A stretch of 7,764 nt of DNA from a virus (taxonomy: Duplodnaviria; Heunggongvirae; Uroviricota; Caudoviricetes): IMG/VR virus record IMGVR_UViG_2724679540_000005. One strand, given 5' to 3'. Both the position numbers and the translations under genes were made by a program. The notes below the pieces were generated by a model that was not told the DNA's origin, made no database searches, and worked only from the letters and a program-made list of their open reading frames with translations. Shown here in pieces: positions 1 through 6,299 of this stretch (its first letter is position 1; the number at the start of each line of letters is the position of its first letter).

Positions 1-506
1 CTCCTACAGCACCAAATCAGGTCTGGGTGGCGGACCTGACGTATGTTGCCACACAGGAGGGATGGTTGTACCTCGCTGGCATCAAAGATGTTTATACGTG
101 CGAAATTGTCGGCTACGCCATGGGAGAGCGCATGACAAAAGAGCTGACAGGTAAAGCCCTGTTTATGGCGCTCAGGAGCCAGCGCCCACCTGCCGGGCTA
201 ATCCACCACTCTGATCGAGGTTCACAGTACTGCGCATACGATTACCGGGTCATACAGGAGCAGTTTGGTCTGAAAACATCAATGTCGCGTAAAGGTAACT
301 GTTACGACAACGCTCCGATGGAAAGCTTCTGGGGAACGCTGAAAAATGAGAGCCTGAGCCACTATCGTTTTAATAACCGGGATGAAGCCATCTCAGTAAT
401 ACGGGAATACATTGAGATTTTCTACAATCGTCAGCGTCGTCACTCTCGTCTGGGGAATATCTCCCCGGCAGCCTTCAGGGAAAAATATCATCAGATGGCT
501 GCTTAA
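1..506 (+). CDS. IS3-family transposase OrfB (DDE integrase core), 5'-truncated by the window edge
   Basis: The ORF track's GTG at 27 is not the real start: the frame is open to the window edge and reads PTAPNQVWVADLTYV. Motifs ADLTYV, HHSDRGSQY and NAPMESFWGTLK match the D-D-E catalytic core of IS3-family OrfB. Stop is TAA at 504-506. Confidence 0.9.
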   Translation, partial: PTAPNQVWVADLTYVATQEGWLYLAGIKDVYTCEIVGYAMGERMTKELTGKALFMALRSQRPPAGLIHHSDRGSQYCAYDYRVIQEQFGLKTSMSRKGNCYDNAPMESFWGTLKNESLSHYRFNNRDEAISVIREYIEIFYNRQRRHSRLGNISPAAFREKYHQMAA

Positions 507-549
507 AAAAAGAACAAATGGTAGTGTCCGCTATTGCCAGTACACCTCA
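1..549 (+). mobile_element. IS3-family insertion sequence, partial copy (3' portion, cut by window edge), ending in the terminal ...CCTCA at 549
   Basis: Positions 1-549 are the exact reverse complement of 7216-7764 (checked at both termini and at the inner junction). The element ends with the 5'-TG...CA-3' termini typical of IS3-family inverted repeats. It encodes a DDE transposase fragment. Confidence 0.85.
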
Positions 550-795
550 CTGACATGCTAAAGCAAAAAATAGATGAATAAGTTGAGTTGTGCATATGTA
601 GCCTGACCGTCACAAAGTATATGGTGTCTGTACCAGTAAGATGATGGCCGGACTCTTTAAAAAAGAGCTGACCTGCACAATACAGGATGGACTTAGCAAT
701 GGCTGCTCCTGGCACAAAGCGGACAGTGATCACCGTTCTTACGACTACTTTCTGACTTCCTTCGTGACTTGCCCTAAGCATGTTGTAGTGCGATA

Positions 796-826
796 CTTGT
801 AATGACATTTGTAATTACAAGAGGTG
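796..826 (+). promoter_or_regulatory. relBE operator/promoter region (relO-like TTGTAAT repeats in a palindrome) plus relB ribosome-binding site
   Basis: CTTGTAATGACATTTGTAATTACAAG (796-821) has 8-bp inverted outer arms and two TTGTAAT direct repeats. GAGGTG at 821-826 sits 6 nt before the relB ATG at 833. This matches the autoregulated relBE operator architecture as recalled. Confidence 0.6.
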
Positions 827-832
827 TAAGAC

Positions 833-1072
833 ATGGGTAGCATTAACCTGCGTATTGACGATGAACTTAAAGCGCGTTCTTACGCCGCGCTTGAAAAAAT
901 GGGTGTAACTCCTTCTGAAGCGCTTCGTCTCATGCTCGAGTATATCGCTGACAATGAACGCTTGCCGTTCAAACAGACACTCCTGAGTGATGAAGATGCT
1001 GAACTTGTGGAGATAGTGAAAGAACGGCTTCGTAATCCTAAGCCAGTACGTGTGACGCTGGATGAACTCTGA
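833..1072 (+). CDS. relB: RelB antitoxin (RHH family), 79 aa
   Basis: Protein MGSINLRIDDELKARSYA...PKPVRVTLDEL is essentially E. coli RelB as recalled. Its TGA stop overlaps the relE ATG (TGATG), indicating translational coupling. Confidence 0.95.
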   Translation: MGSINLRIDDELKARSYAALEKMGVTPSEALRLMLEYIADNERLPFKQTLLSDEDAELVEIVKERLRNPKPVRVTLDEL

Positions 1073-1359
1073 TGGCGTATTTTCTGGATTTTGACGAGCG
1101 GGCACTAAAGGAATGGCGAAAGCTGGGCTCGACGGTACGTGAACAGTTGAAAAAGAAGCTGGTTGAAGTACTTGAGTCACCCCGGATTGAAGCAAACAAG
1201 CTCCGTGGTATGCCTGATTGTTACAAGATTAAGCTCCGGTCTTCAGGCTATCGCCTTGTATACCAGGTTATAGACGAGAAAGTTGTCGTTTTCGTGATTT
1301 CTGTTGGGAAAAGAGAACGCTCGGAAGTATATAGCGAGGCGGTCAAACGCATTCTCTGA
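1072..1359 (+). CDS. relE: RelE mRNA-interferase toxin, 95 aa
   Basis: Protein MAYFLDFDERALKEWRKLGSTVREQLKKKL...VISVGKRERSEVYSEAVKRIL matches E. coli RelE as recalled. It is coupled to relB. Confidence 0.95.
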   Translation: MAYFLDFDERALKEWRKLGSTVREQLKKKLVEVLESPRIEANKLRGMPDCYKIKLRSSGYRLVYQVIDEKVVVFVISVGKRERSEVYSEAVKRIL

Positions 1360-1430
1360 ACCAAAGCATGACATCTCTGTTTCGCACCGAAGGTGACACT
1401 TCTGCTTTGCGTTGACAGGAGAAGCAGGCT

Positions 1431-1586
1431 ATGAAGCAGCAAAAGGCGATGTTAATCGCCCTGATCGTCATCTGTTTAACCGTCATAGTGACGGCACTGG
1501 TAACGAGGAAAGACCTCTGCGAGGTACGAATCCGAACCGGCCAGACGGAGGTCGCTGTCTTCACAGCTTACGAACCTGAGGAGTAA
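1431..1586 (+). CDS. hokD: Hok-family small membrane toxin (HokD/RelF), 51 aa
   Basis: Hand-translated ORF MKQQKAMLIALIVICLTVIVTALVTRKDLCEVRIRTGQTEVAVFTAYEPEE, below the ORF-track length cutoff. It has the Hok signature (N-terminal TM helix, conserved C-terminal CEVRIRTGQTEVAVFTAYE) and sits downstream of relE as in the Qin prophage relBEF operon. Confidence 0.9.
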   Translation: MKQQKAMLIALIVICLTVIVTALVTRKDLCEVRIRTGQTEVAVFTAYEPEE

Positions 1587-1654
1587 GAGACCCGGCGAGT
1601 GAGAAATCCCTCGCCACCTCTGATGTGGCAGGCATCCTCAACGCACCCGCACTT

Positions 1655-1683
1655 AACCCGCTTCGGCGGGTTTTTGTTTTTAT
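1655..1683 (+). terminator. Rho-independent terminator closing the relBE-hokD operon
   Basis: GC stem AACCCGC-TTCG-GCGGGTT followed by TTTTTGTTTTTATTTT. Confidence 0.7.
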
Positions 1684-1803
1684 TTTCAACGCATTTGAAG
1701 TTCTGGATGGTGCCGGAATAGAATCAAAAATACTTAAGTAGCGCGCAGGGATAAAAGGGATGGACCCCGAACAGGGGAGTGCTACTTATCTGGAAGGATT
1801 CTG

Positions 1804-2054
1804 ATGATGAACATCGAAGAACTGCGTAAAATTTTTTGTGAAGATGGCCTCTATGCTGTGTGCGTTGAAAATGGAAATATTGTTAGTCATTACCGCATTG
1901 TGTGTTTGCAAAAAATGGGGCTGCGTTAATTAATTTTGTGGATGCCCGAGTGACGGACGGATTTATCTTGCGCGACGGTGAGTTTGTCACTTCATTACAG
2001 GCATTGAAAGAGACCGGAATAAAAGCTGGCTTTTCTGCTTTTTCAGAAGAATAA
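1804..2054 (+). pseudogene. rem: rem-like small prophage gene, split by an apparent 1-nt deletion in a homopolymeric A-tract
   Basis: ORF 1804-1929 (MMNIEELRKIFCEDGLYAVCVENGNIVSHYRIVCLQKMGLR*) ends prematurely. The 0-frame stays open from 1887 to TAA at 2052-2054 (...KNGAALINFVDARVTDGFILRDGEFVTSLQALKETGIKAGFSAFSEE). Adding one A to the A6 run at 1910-1915 restores a single 83-aa protein, the recalled length of Qin Rem. AGGA ribosome-binding site lies upstream of the ATG. Confidence 0.7.
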
Positions 2055-2120
2055 ACTCATCTACAATCTTGCGCGGGGCTGAACTCCCGCTGAGTAACAC
2101 CGTGCCACCGGAGAAAACCG

Positions 2121-2399
2121 ATGGCACGCAACGCAAAATATTACAATCATGATAATTCGACCGTTCTTGCCCACACGCACGAGCGGTATTCTCACGCATT
2201 TAAGTCAGACTGGTACCAGCATCCCTCATGCACTGAAGAACAGGCCGAATGGCTCATTCAGTGTTACCGCAGGCGCGGATGCGAGGTTAAAAAAGCCCTT
2301 AGCCTCGACTACCGTCACTGGATAATCTCCGTCAGGCTCCCTTACTCCGAACAGCCACCGCGTCCGTCCCGCACATTCCAGCAACGGATCTGGAGGTAA
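2121..2399 (+). CDS. Hypothetical small prophage protein, 92 aa, Cys/His/Trp-rich
   Basis: ORF with GGAG ribosome-binding site about 9 nt upstream of the ATG. Its TAA stop lies 1 nt before the downstream gene start, suggesting coupling. No family recognised. Confidence 0.5.
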   Translation: MARNAKYYNHDNSTVLAHTHERYSHAFKSDWYQHPSCTEEQAEWLIQCYRRRGCEVKKALSLDYRHWIISVRLPYSEQPPRPSRTFQQRIWR

Positions 2400-2400
2400 C

Positions 2401-3450
2401 GTGCGGGTATTACTTCGACCTGTTCTGGTTCCGGAACTCGGGCTGGTGGTCCTTAAGCCCGGTCGTGAATCCATGCCGGTATTCCACAATACCCGGTTAC
2501 TGGTGGAGCCGGAACCGAAAAGCATGCGTAATCTGCCGTCCGGGGTCGTTCCTGCCGTTCGCCAGCCGCTGGTGGAAGACAAAACATTGCTGCCGTTTTT
2601 CAGTAACGCACAGGTGATTCGTGCTGCTGGTGGTGCTGGTGCATTGTCTGACTGGCTGTTGCGCCATATTAAATCCTGCCAGTGGCCACACGGCGATTAT
2701 CATCACAGCGAAACCGTCATTCACCGTTATGGTACCGGCGCAATGGTGTTGTGCTGGCACTGCGACAACCAGTTGCGTGACCAGACATCCGAATCACTCG
2801 AGCAACTTGCTCATCAAAACCTGTCAGCATGGATGATTGACGTCATCGGTCACGCAATAAGCGGTACGCAGGAGCGTGAATTATCTCTAGCTGAATTATC
2901 CTGGTGGGCGGTCCGCAATCAGGTGGCGGACGCGCTACCGGAAGCGGTATTACGTCGTTCGCTGGGGTTGCGTGCGGAAAAAATCCGCTCAATGTACCGT
3001 GAAAGCGACATCGTACCGGGAGAGCAGACCGCCACCAGCATACTGAAACAGCGCACAAAAAATCTTGCGCCGCTGCCTCACGCCCACCAGCAACAGAACC
3101 CACAACAGGAAAAGACGGTGGTCAGCATTGCCGTTGATCCTGAGTCTCCGGAATCTTTCATGAAACGACCTAAACGTCGCAGCTGGGTTAACGAGAAATA
3201 CAAACGCTGGGTGAAGACACAGCCGTGTGCGTGTTGTGGTAAGCCAGCCGACGATCCCCATCACCTGATTGGTCATGGTCAGGGCGGAATGGGGACAAAA
3301 TCTCACGATATTTTCACGCTACCGCTGTGTCGGGAGCATCACAACGAGCTTCATGCGGATCCTCTGGCGTTCGAAGAAAAGCATGGTTCTCAGGTTGATT
3401 TAATTTTTCGTTTTCTTGATCACGCCTTTGCAACTGGCGTGCTTGGGTAA
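2401..3450 (+). CDS. ydfU: YdfU-like prophage protein (DUF968 family), 349 aa, with a C-terminal Cys/His-rich HNH-like motif
   Basis: GTG start at 2401 preceded by a perfect GGAGG (2392-2396). Length equals recalled Qin YdfU. C-terminus reads CACCGKPADDPHHLIGHGQGG...CREHHNELH. Position between rem and rusA/Q fits Qin-like gene order. Confidence 0.75.
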   Translation: MRVLLRPVLVPELGLVVLKPGRESMPVFHNTRLLVEPEPKSMRNLPSGVVPAVRQPLVEDKTLLPFFSNAQVIRAAGGAGALSDWLLRHIKSCQWPHGDYHHSETVIHRYGTGAMVLCWHCDNQLRDQTSESLEQLAHQNLSAWMIDVIGHAISGTQERELSLAELSWWAVRNQVADALPEAVLRRSLGLRAEKIRSMYRESDIVPGEQTATSILKQRTKNLAPLPHAHQQQNPQQEKTVVSIAVDPESPESFMKRPKRRSWVNEKYKRWVKTQPCACCGKPADDPHHLIGHGQGGMGTKSHDIFTLPLCREHHNELHADPLAFEEKHGSQVDLIFRFLDHAFATGVLG

Positions 3451-3462
3451 AAGAGGTGACTG

Positions 3463-3819
3463 ATGCTCATAGATTTGGTTTTACCTTACCCGCCGACGGT
3501 GAACACTTACTGGCGACGCCGTGGCAGCACATATTTTATCTCGGAGGAGGGAAAGCGTTATCGCCGGGCTGTGGCGCTTATTGTTCGCCAGCAGCGGCTG
3601 AAATTAAGCCTGTCCGGAAGGCTGGCGATAAAGGTGATTGCAGAGCCACCGGATAAGCGTCGTCGCGACCTGGACAATATCCTGAAAGCACCGCTGGATG
3701 CGCTGACGCATGCGGGAGTGTTAATGGACGATGAGCAGTTTGATGAAATCAATATCGTTCGTGGTCAGCCAGTATCTGGTGGACGTCTGGGGGTGAAGAT
3801 TTACCCCATAATGCATTAA
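3463..3819 (+). CDS. rusA: RusA-family Holliday-junction resolvase, 118 aa
   Basis: Protein has PPTVNTYWRRRG and RRRDLDN motifs and a length typical of RusA. AAGAGGTGA ribosome-binding site upstream. It lies immediately upstream of Q, the canonical lambdoid position. Confidence 0.85.
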   Translation: MLIDLVLPYPPTVNTYWRRRGSTYFISEEGKRYRRAVALIVRQQRLKLSLSGRLAIKVIAEPPDKRRRDLDNILKAPLDALTHAGVLMDDEQFDEINIVRGQPVSGGRLGVKIYPIMH

Positions 3820-3833
3820 GAGCAGGTCAAAAA

Positions 3834-4655
3834 ATGAAACTGGAAGATTTACCGAAATACTACTCCCCAAAATCCCCTGGCCTGACCGATGCATCGGCCT
3901 CAACGTCAAAAGATGCGCTGAGTATCACTGATGTGATGGCCGCGCAGGGCATGACACAGAATCGGGCTGAGATGGGTTTTTCTGCGTTCCTGGGGAAAAT
4001 GGGCATCAGTATGAATGACAGGGCGCGGGCAACAGAATTACTGGCAGATTATGCACTCAGTCGGTGCGATCGTGTGGCGGCGTTGAGAAAACTTCCGGCA
4101 GAAATAAAACCGGTAGTGATGCGCATTATGGCTTCGTACGCTTTTGAGGATTATGCCCGCAGCGCAGCGAGTAAAAAGCAGTGCCCTTGTTGCTATGGGG
4201 AAAAATTTATTGAAAGCATAGTTTTTACAAACAAGATCCAGTATCCGGATGGTAAGCCGCCGGTATGGGCAAAGTGCACGAAAGGTGTGTATCCGTCTTA
4301 CTGGGAAGAATGGAAAAAAGTCAGGGAGGTGGTAAAAGTTGCCTGTCCGGAGTGTGGCGGAAAGGGTGAGGTTTCCACCGCCTGTAAGGATTGCCGTGGG
4401 CGTGGTGTCGCCATTCATCGTGAAGAGTCGGTAAAACGTGGTATGCCTGTTATCAGAGACTGCCAGCGTTGTGGTGGTCGTGGCTATGAAAGACTACCAT
4501 CAACGGAGGCATTTAATGCTATATGCGAGGTGACAAACCAGATAACACGCGCGTCATGGGAAAAAACAGTTAAGAAATTTTATGATGCGCTGGTGACCCG
4601 GTTTGATATTGAAGAAGCATGGGCTGAGCGGCAGTTAAAAAAGGTAACTAGGTAA
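3834..4655 (+). CDS. Late-gene antiterminator Q (Q21/Q82-like), 273 aa, with four DnaJ-type CxxCxGxG zinc-finger repeats
   Basis: N-terminus MKLEDLPKYYSPKSP...TDVMAAQGM resembles prophage Q proteins as recalled. Repeats CPCCYGEK, CPECGGKG, CKDCRGRG, CQRCGGRG. The gene is followed directly by a late promoter, a terminator, tRNAs and lysis genes. Confidence 0.8.
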   Translation: MKLEDLPKYYSPKSPGLTDASASTSKDALSITDVMAAQGMTQNRAEMGFSAFLGKMGISMNDRARATELLADYALSRCDRVAALRKLPAEIKPVVMRIMASYAFEDYARSAASKKQCPCCYGEKFIESIVFTNKIQYPDGKPPVWAKCTKGVYPSYWEEWKKVREVVKVACPECGGKGEVSTACKDCRGRGVAIHREESVKRGMPVIRDCQRCGGRGYERLPSTEAFNAICEVTNQITRASWEKTVKKFYDALVTRFDIEEAWAERQLKKVTR

Positions 4656-4660
4656 CAAGG

Positions 4661-4700
4661 TTGATTTTTCCGGAATCTGTGGTAAATTCGTCATAATGAT
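4661..4700 (+). promoter_or_regulatory. PR'-like late promoter (with presumed Q-utilisation region)
   Basis: TTGATT (4661-4666), 16-nt spacer, TAAATT (4683-4688), immediately downstream of the Q stop. The position matches lambdoid PR'. Confidence 0.5.
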
Positions 4701-4737
4701 GGGCGTTTTATGCCTGACGTTAGAAGAGTTTCTACAA

Positions 4738-4761
4738 CCCGCCGCTGAGCGGGTTTTTTAT
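4738..4761 (+). terminator. tR'-like rho-independent terminator (end of the short 6S-type late leader transcript)
   Basis: CCCGC-CGCTGA-GCGGG stem-loop followed by TTTTTTATT, about 50-70 nt downstream of the putative PR'. Confidence 0.65.
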
Positions 4762-4798
4762 TGCGAAATTAATTACGGACCGTTATTATTCTGCTCCC

Positions 4799-4874
4799 GG
4801 CCCTTTAGCTCAGTGGTGAGAGCGAGCGACTCATAATCGCCAGGTCGCTGGTTCAAATCCAGCAAGGGCCACCA
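4799..4874 (+). tRNA. tRNA with CAU anticodon, ileX/ileZ-like (tRNA-Ile2, lysidine-dependent; automated tools would likely call tRNA-Met)
   Basis: 76 nt, GGCCCTT/AAGGGCC acceptor stem, anticodon loop CTCATAA, T-loop GGTTCAAATCC, 3' CCA encoded. Close to E. coli ileX as recalled. Confidence 0.9.
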
Positions 4875-4975
4875 TCACAAACCGCCATTAGCTTATCAGG
4901 AAGAGCAGACGACACGATAACAGGGTTGTTGGTGCGGGGGGCGGGTCCCCGATGGCGGTCCATTATCGGTATTCA

Positions 4976-5052
4976 GCGTTGTTAGCTCAGCCGGACAGAG
5001 CAATTGCCTTCTAAGCAATCGGTCACTGGTTCGAATCCAGTACAGCGCGCCA
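4976..5052 (+). tRNA. tRNA-Arg (anticodon UCU, argU/argN-like; reads rare AGA/AGG codons)
   Basis: 77 nt, acceptor GCGTTGT/ACAGCGC (one G-U pair), anticodon stem ATTGC/GCAAT with loop CTTCTAA, T-arm ACTGG-TTCGAAT-CCAGT, 3' GCCA. Confidence 0.9.
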
Positions 5053-5162
5053 TATTCATTCTTCCAGATTCCTTCCGGCAGAGCCTTATACTGAAATATA
5101 CCTGGCTCAGGATATTGTTGAAAATATTATATATTTGTCAAAAATAAAAGTTCTGTTAAGTA

Positions 5163-5516
5163 TTGATTGAGTATTTGTTATACGGTCTAATGGTTTTTTC
5201 AGCATTAAGTATTTATCATTCATATGGTGTGGGTAGAGTGAATATTGATGAGGCGTCGGGGTGTTTCATCCTTAGGCAGCGTATTGATATAGTCAATGCA
5301 GCACGAGCAAAGGCCTTCAGCCGTTTGACAGTTTTGTTCTGTACTCCTGATCGTCTTTCGGGAAGAGACGTTATTATTCTGAATAGTGATGCTATACAGA
5401 GGGTTTGCGATGAGTTCATGGTTGCTAATTCAGAATTATTTGCTCTTGTTCAGGAGTACAACAGAATAGCCAGGACCTGTGGTATGGATGAACTTCGGAT
5501 TACTCATCTGGGGTAG
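5163..5516 (+). CDS. Hypothetical protein, low-GC orphan ORF (117 aa from TTG at 5163; 108 aa if ATG 5190 is used)
   Basis: Open frame of 354 nt in an AT-rich segment. No convincing ribosome-binding site. No recognisable family. Could be a gene fragment. Confidence 0.35.
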   Translation: MIEYLLYGLMVFSALSIYHSYGVGRVNIDEASGCFILRQRIDIVNAARAKAFSRLTVLFCTPDRLSGRDVIILNSDAIQRVCDEFMVANSELFALVQEYNRIARTCGMDELRITHLG

Positions 5517-5839
5517 ATACATATCTGGATTATCACCTGTTACGGTAAAAAGTGATTGCTTACTGTTTTTGTGAATGGCATTGCAGCAGCCGGATAATGT
5601 CAGTGCCGGCTGACGGTGTGCTGGTGGCGGGTGTGGTGGTTGTTGCTTTCCCGTTGCTGAAAAAGAAAACGCCAGACTGTTAGCCGGGTATCAGTTAGCG
5701 GGAGAAATTTTTAAATACTTCACAATTCAGGCGGTTGACTGTTGTCTGGTTTGCGGGGAGTTTGTTAAAAGAAACTGGCATGGTGAATCCCCCTGTGCGG
5801 AGGGGCAATCAGCGAGTAGGTATATGGGATAATCGCGGA

Positions 5840-5944
5840 TTCAGGTGCTGGTACTGAATTCACCGGGAGGCACCCGGCACCATGCAATGGCACATAGCGC
5901 CACTCTCCAGCCCCTCTCCGGAGGGGCTGTTTATATTGATTTTG
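5840..5944 (+). ncRNA. Candidate small RNA: three consecutive hairpins ending in an intrinsic terminator
   Basis: Possible -10 GATAAT at 5828-5833. Hairpins ATTCAG/CTGAAT (5839-5859) and CCGGG/CCCGG (5863-5877). Terminator stem CAGCCCCTC-TCCG-GAGGGGCTG (5908-5929) followed by TTTATATTGATTTT. No ORF of 60 aa or more covers this region on either strand. Confidence 0.3.
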
Positions 5945-5963
5945 TCAGATGTGAGTAAACTCC

Positions 5964-6299
5964 TTATGGACTTTGTTGTTTTAGTCCATAAGGACATATT
6001 TGCAGAGTGCAACGGTTATTAAAGCATTCATTCAATACGTTATCTGTATTTGTAGGGCATTCCTGGCTGTTTTTGATTAAATTCCAGAATGTTTTATTGA
6101 ATGGTACTACGTTGTAAATGGTTACAGGTAGCACTTTGTTATTGAGCATGATGCCTGTGTGAGTCAGTGTAAATATACTTTCAGGAGGTAAGAAAGCATC
6201 CGATTGATACCAGATTATTAATTTTATTTTACTCCATATGACTGAAAAAGATATTCCGCATGATGGCTGGATAACTGTATCAATCACAATCCACTTCAT
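5964..6299 (-). CDS. Hypothetical protein, low-GC orphan ORF, 111 aa, Cys/Asn/Ile-rich
   Basis: ATG preceded by AAGGAAA ribosome-binding site (reverse complement of 6304-6311) with about 5-nt spacing. AT-rich promoter-like region upstream (6300-6540). No recognisable family. The last 10 codons lie inside a perfect 11-bp inverted repeat. Confidence 0.4.
   Translation of the reverse strand: MKWIVIDTVIQPSCGISFSVIWSKIKLIIWYQSDAFLPPESIFTLTHTGIMLNNKVLPVTIYNVVPFNKTFWNLIKNSQECPTNTDNVLNECFNNRCTLQICPYGLKQQSP

Noticed and set aside
503-1195. Minus-strand ORFs 503-808 (101 aa) and 815-1195 (126 aa)
   Set aside because: They lie antisense to the IS terminus, the relBE operator and the well-supported relB/relE genes. 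No ribosome-binding site and no recognisable protein features. Treated as chance frames.
1248-1564. Minus-strand ORFs 1248-1442 and 1343-1564
   Set aside because: Antisense to relE and hokD, which are strongly supported. Treated as spurious.
1987-3306. Overlapping ORFs 1987-2199(-), 2226-2582(-), 2497-2760(-), 2621-2836(+), 2843-3103(-), 2989-3306(-)
   Set aside because: All overlap rem or the ydfU-like gene in alternative frames. The + strand genes have ribosome-binding sites, coupling and family-level motifs; these frames do not.
3456-4418. ORFs 3456-3656(+), 3558-3752(-), 3721-3909(-), 4038-4418(-)
   Set aside because: They overlap rusA or Q in other frames or on the opposite strand, with no independent support.
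4875-4975. Possible third tRNA between the two called tRNAs
   Set aside because: No acceptor stem/T-arm combination could be folded by eye. Retained only as a possible degraded remnant in the tRNA finding.
5216-5419. Minus-strand ORF 5216-5419 (67 aa)
   Set aside because: Fully antisense to the longer + strand ORF 5163-5516 and has no ribosome-binding site. Kept only as an alternative if the + strand ORF proves non-coding.
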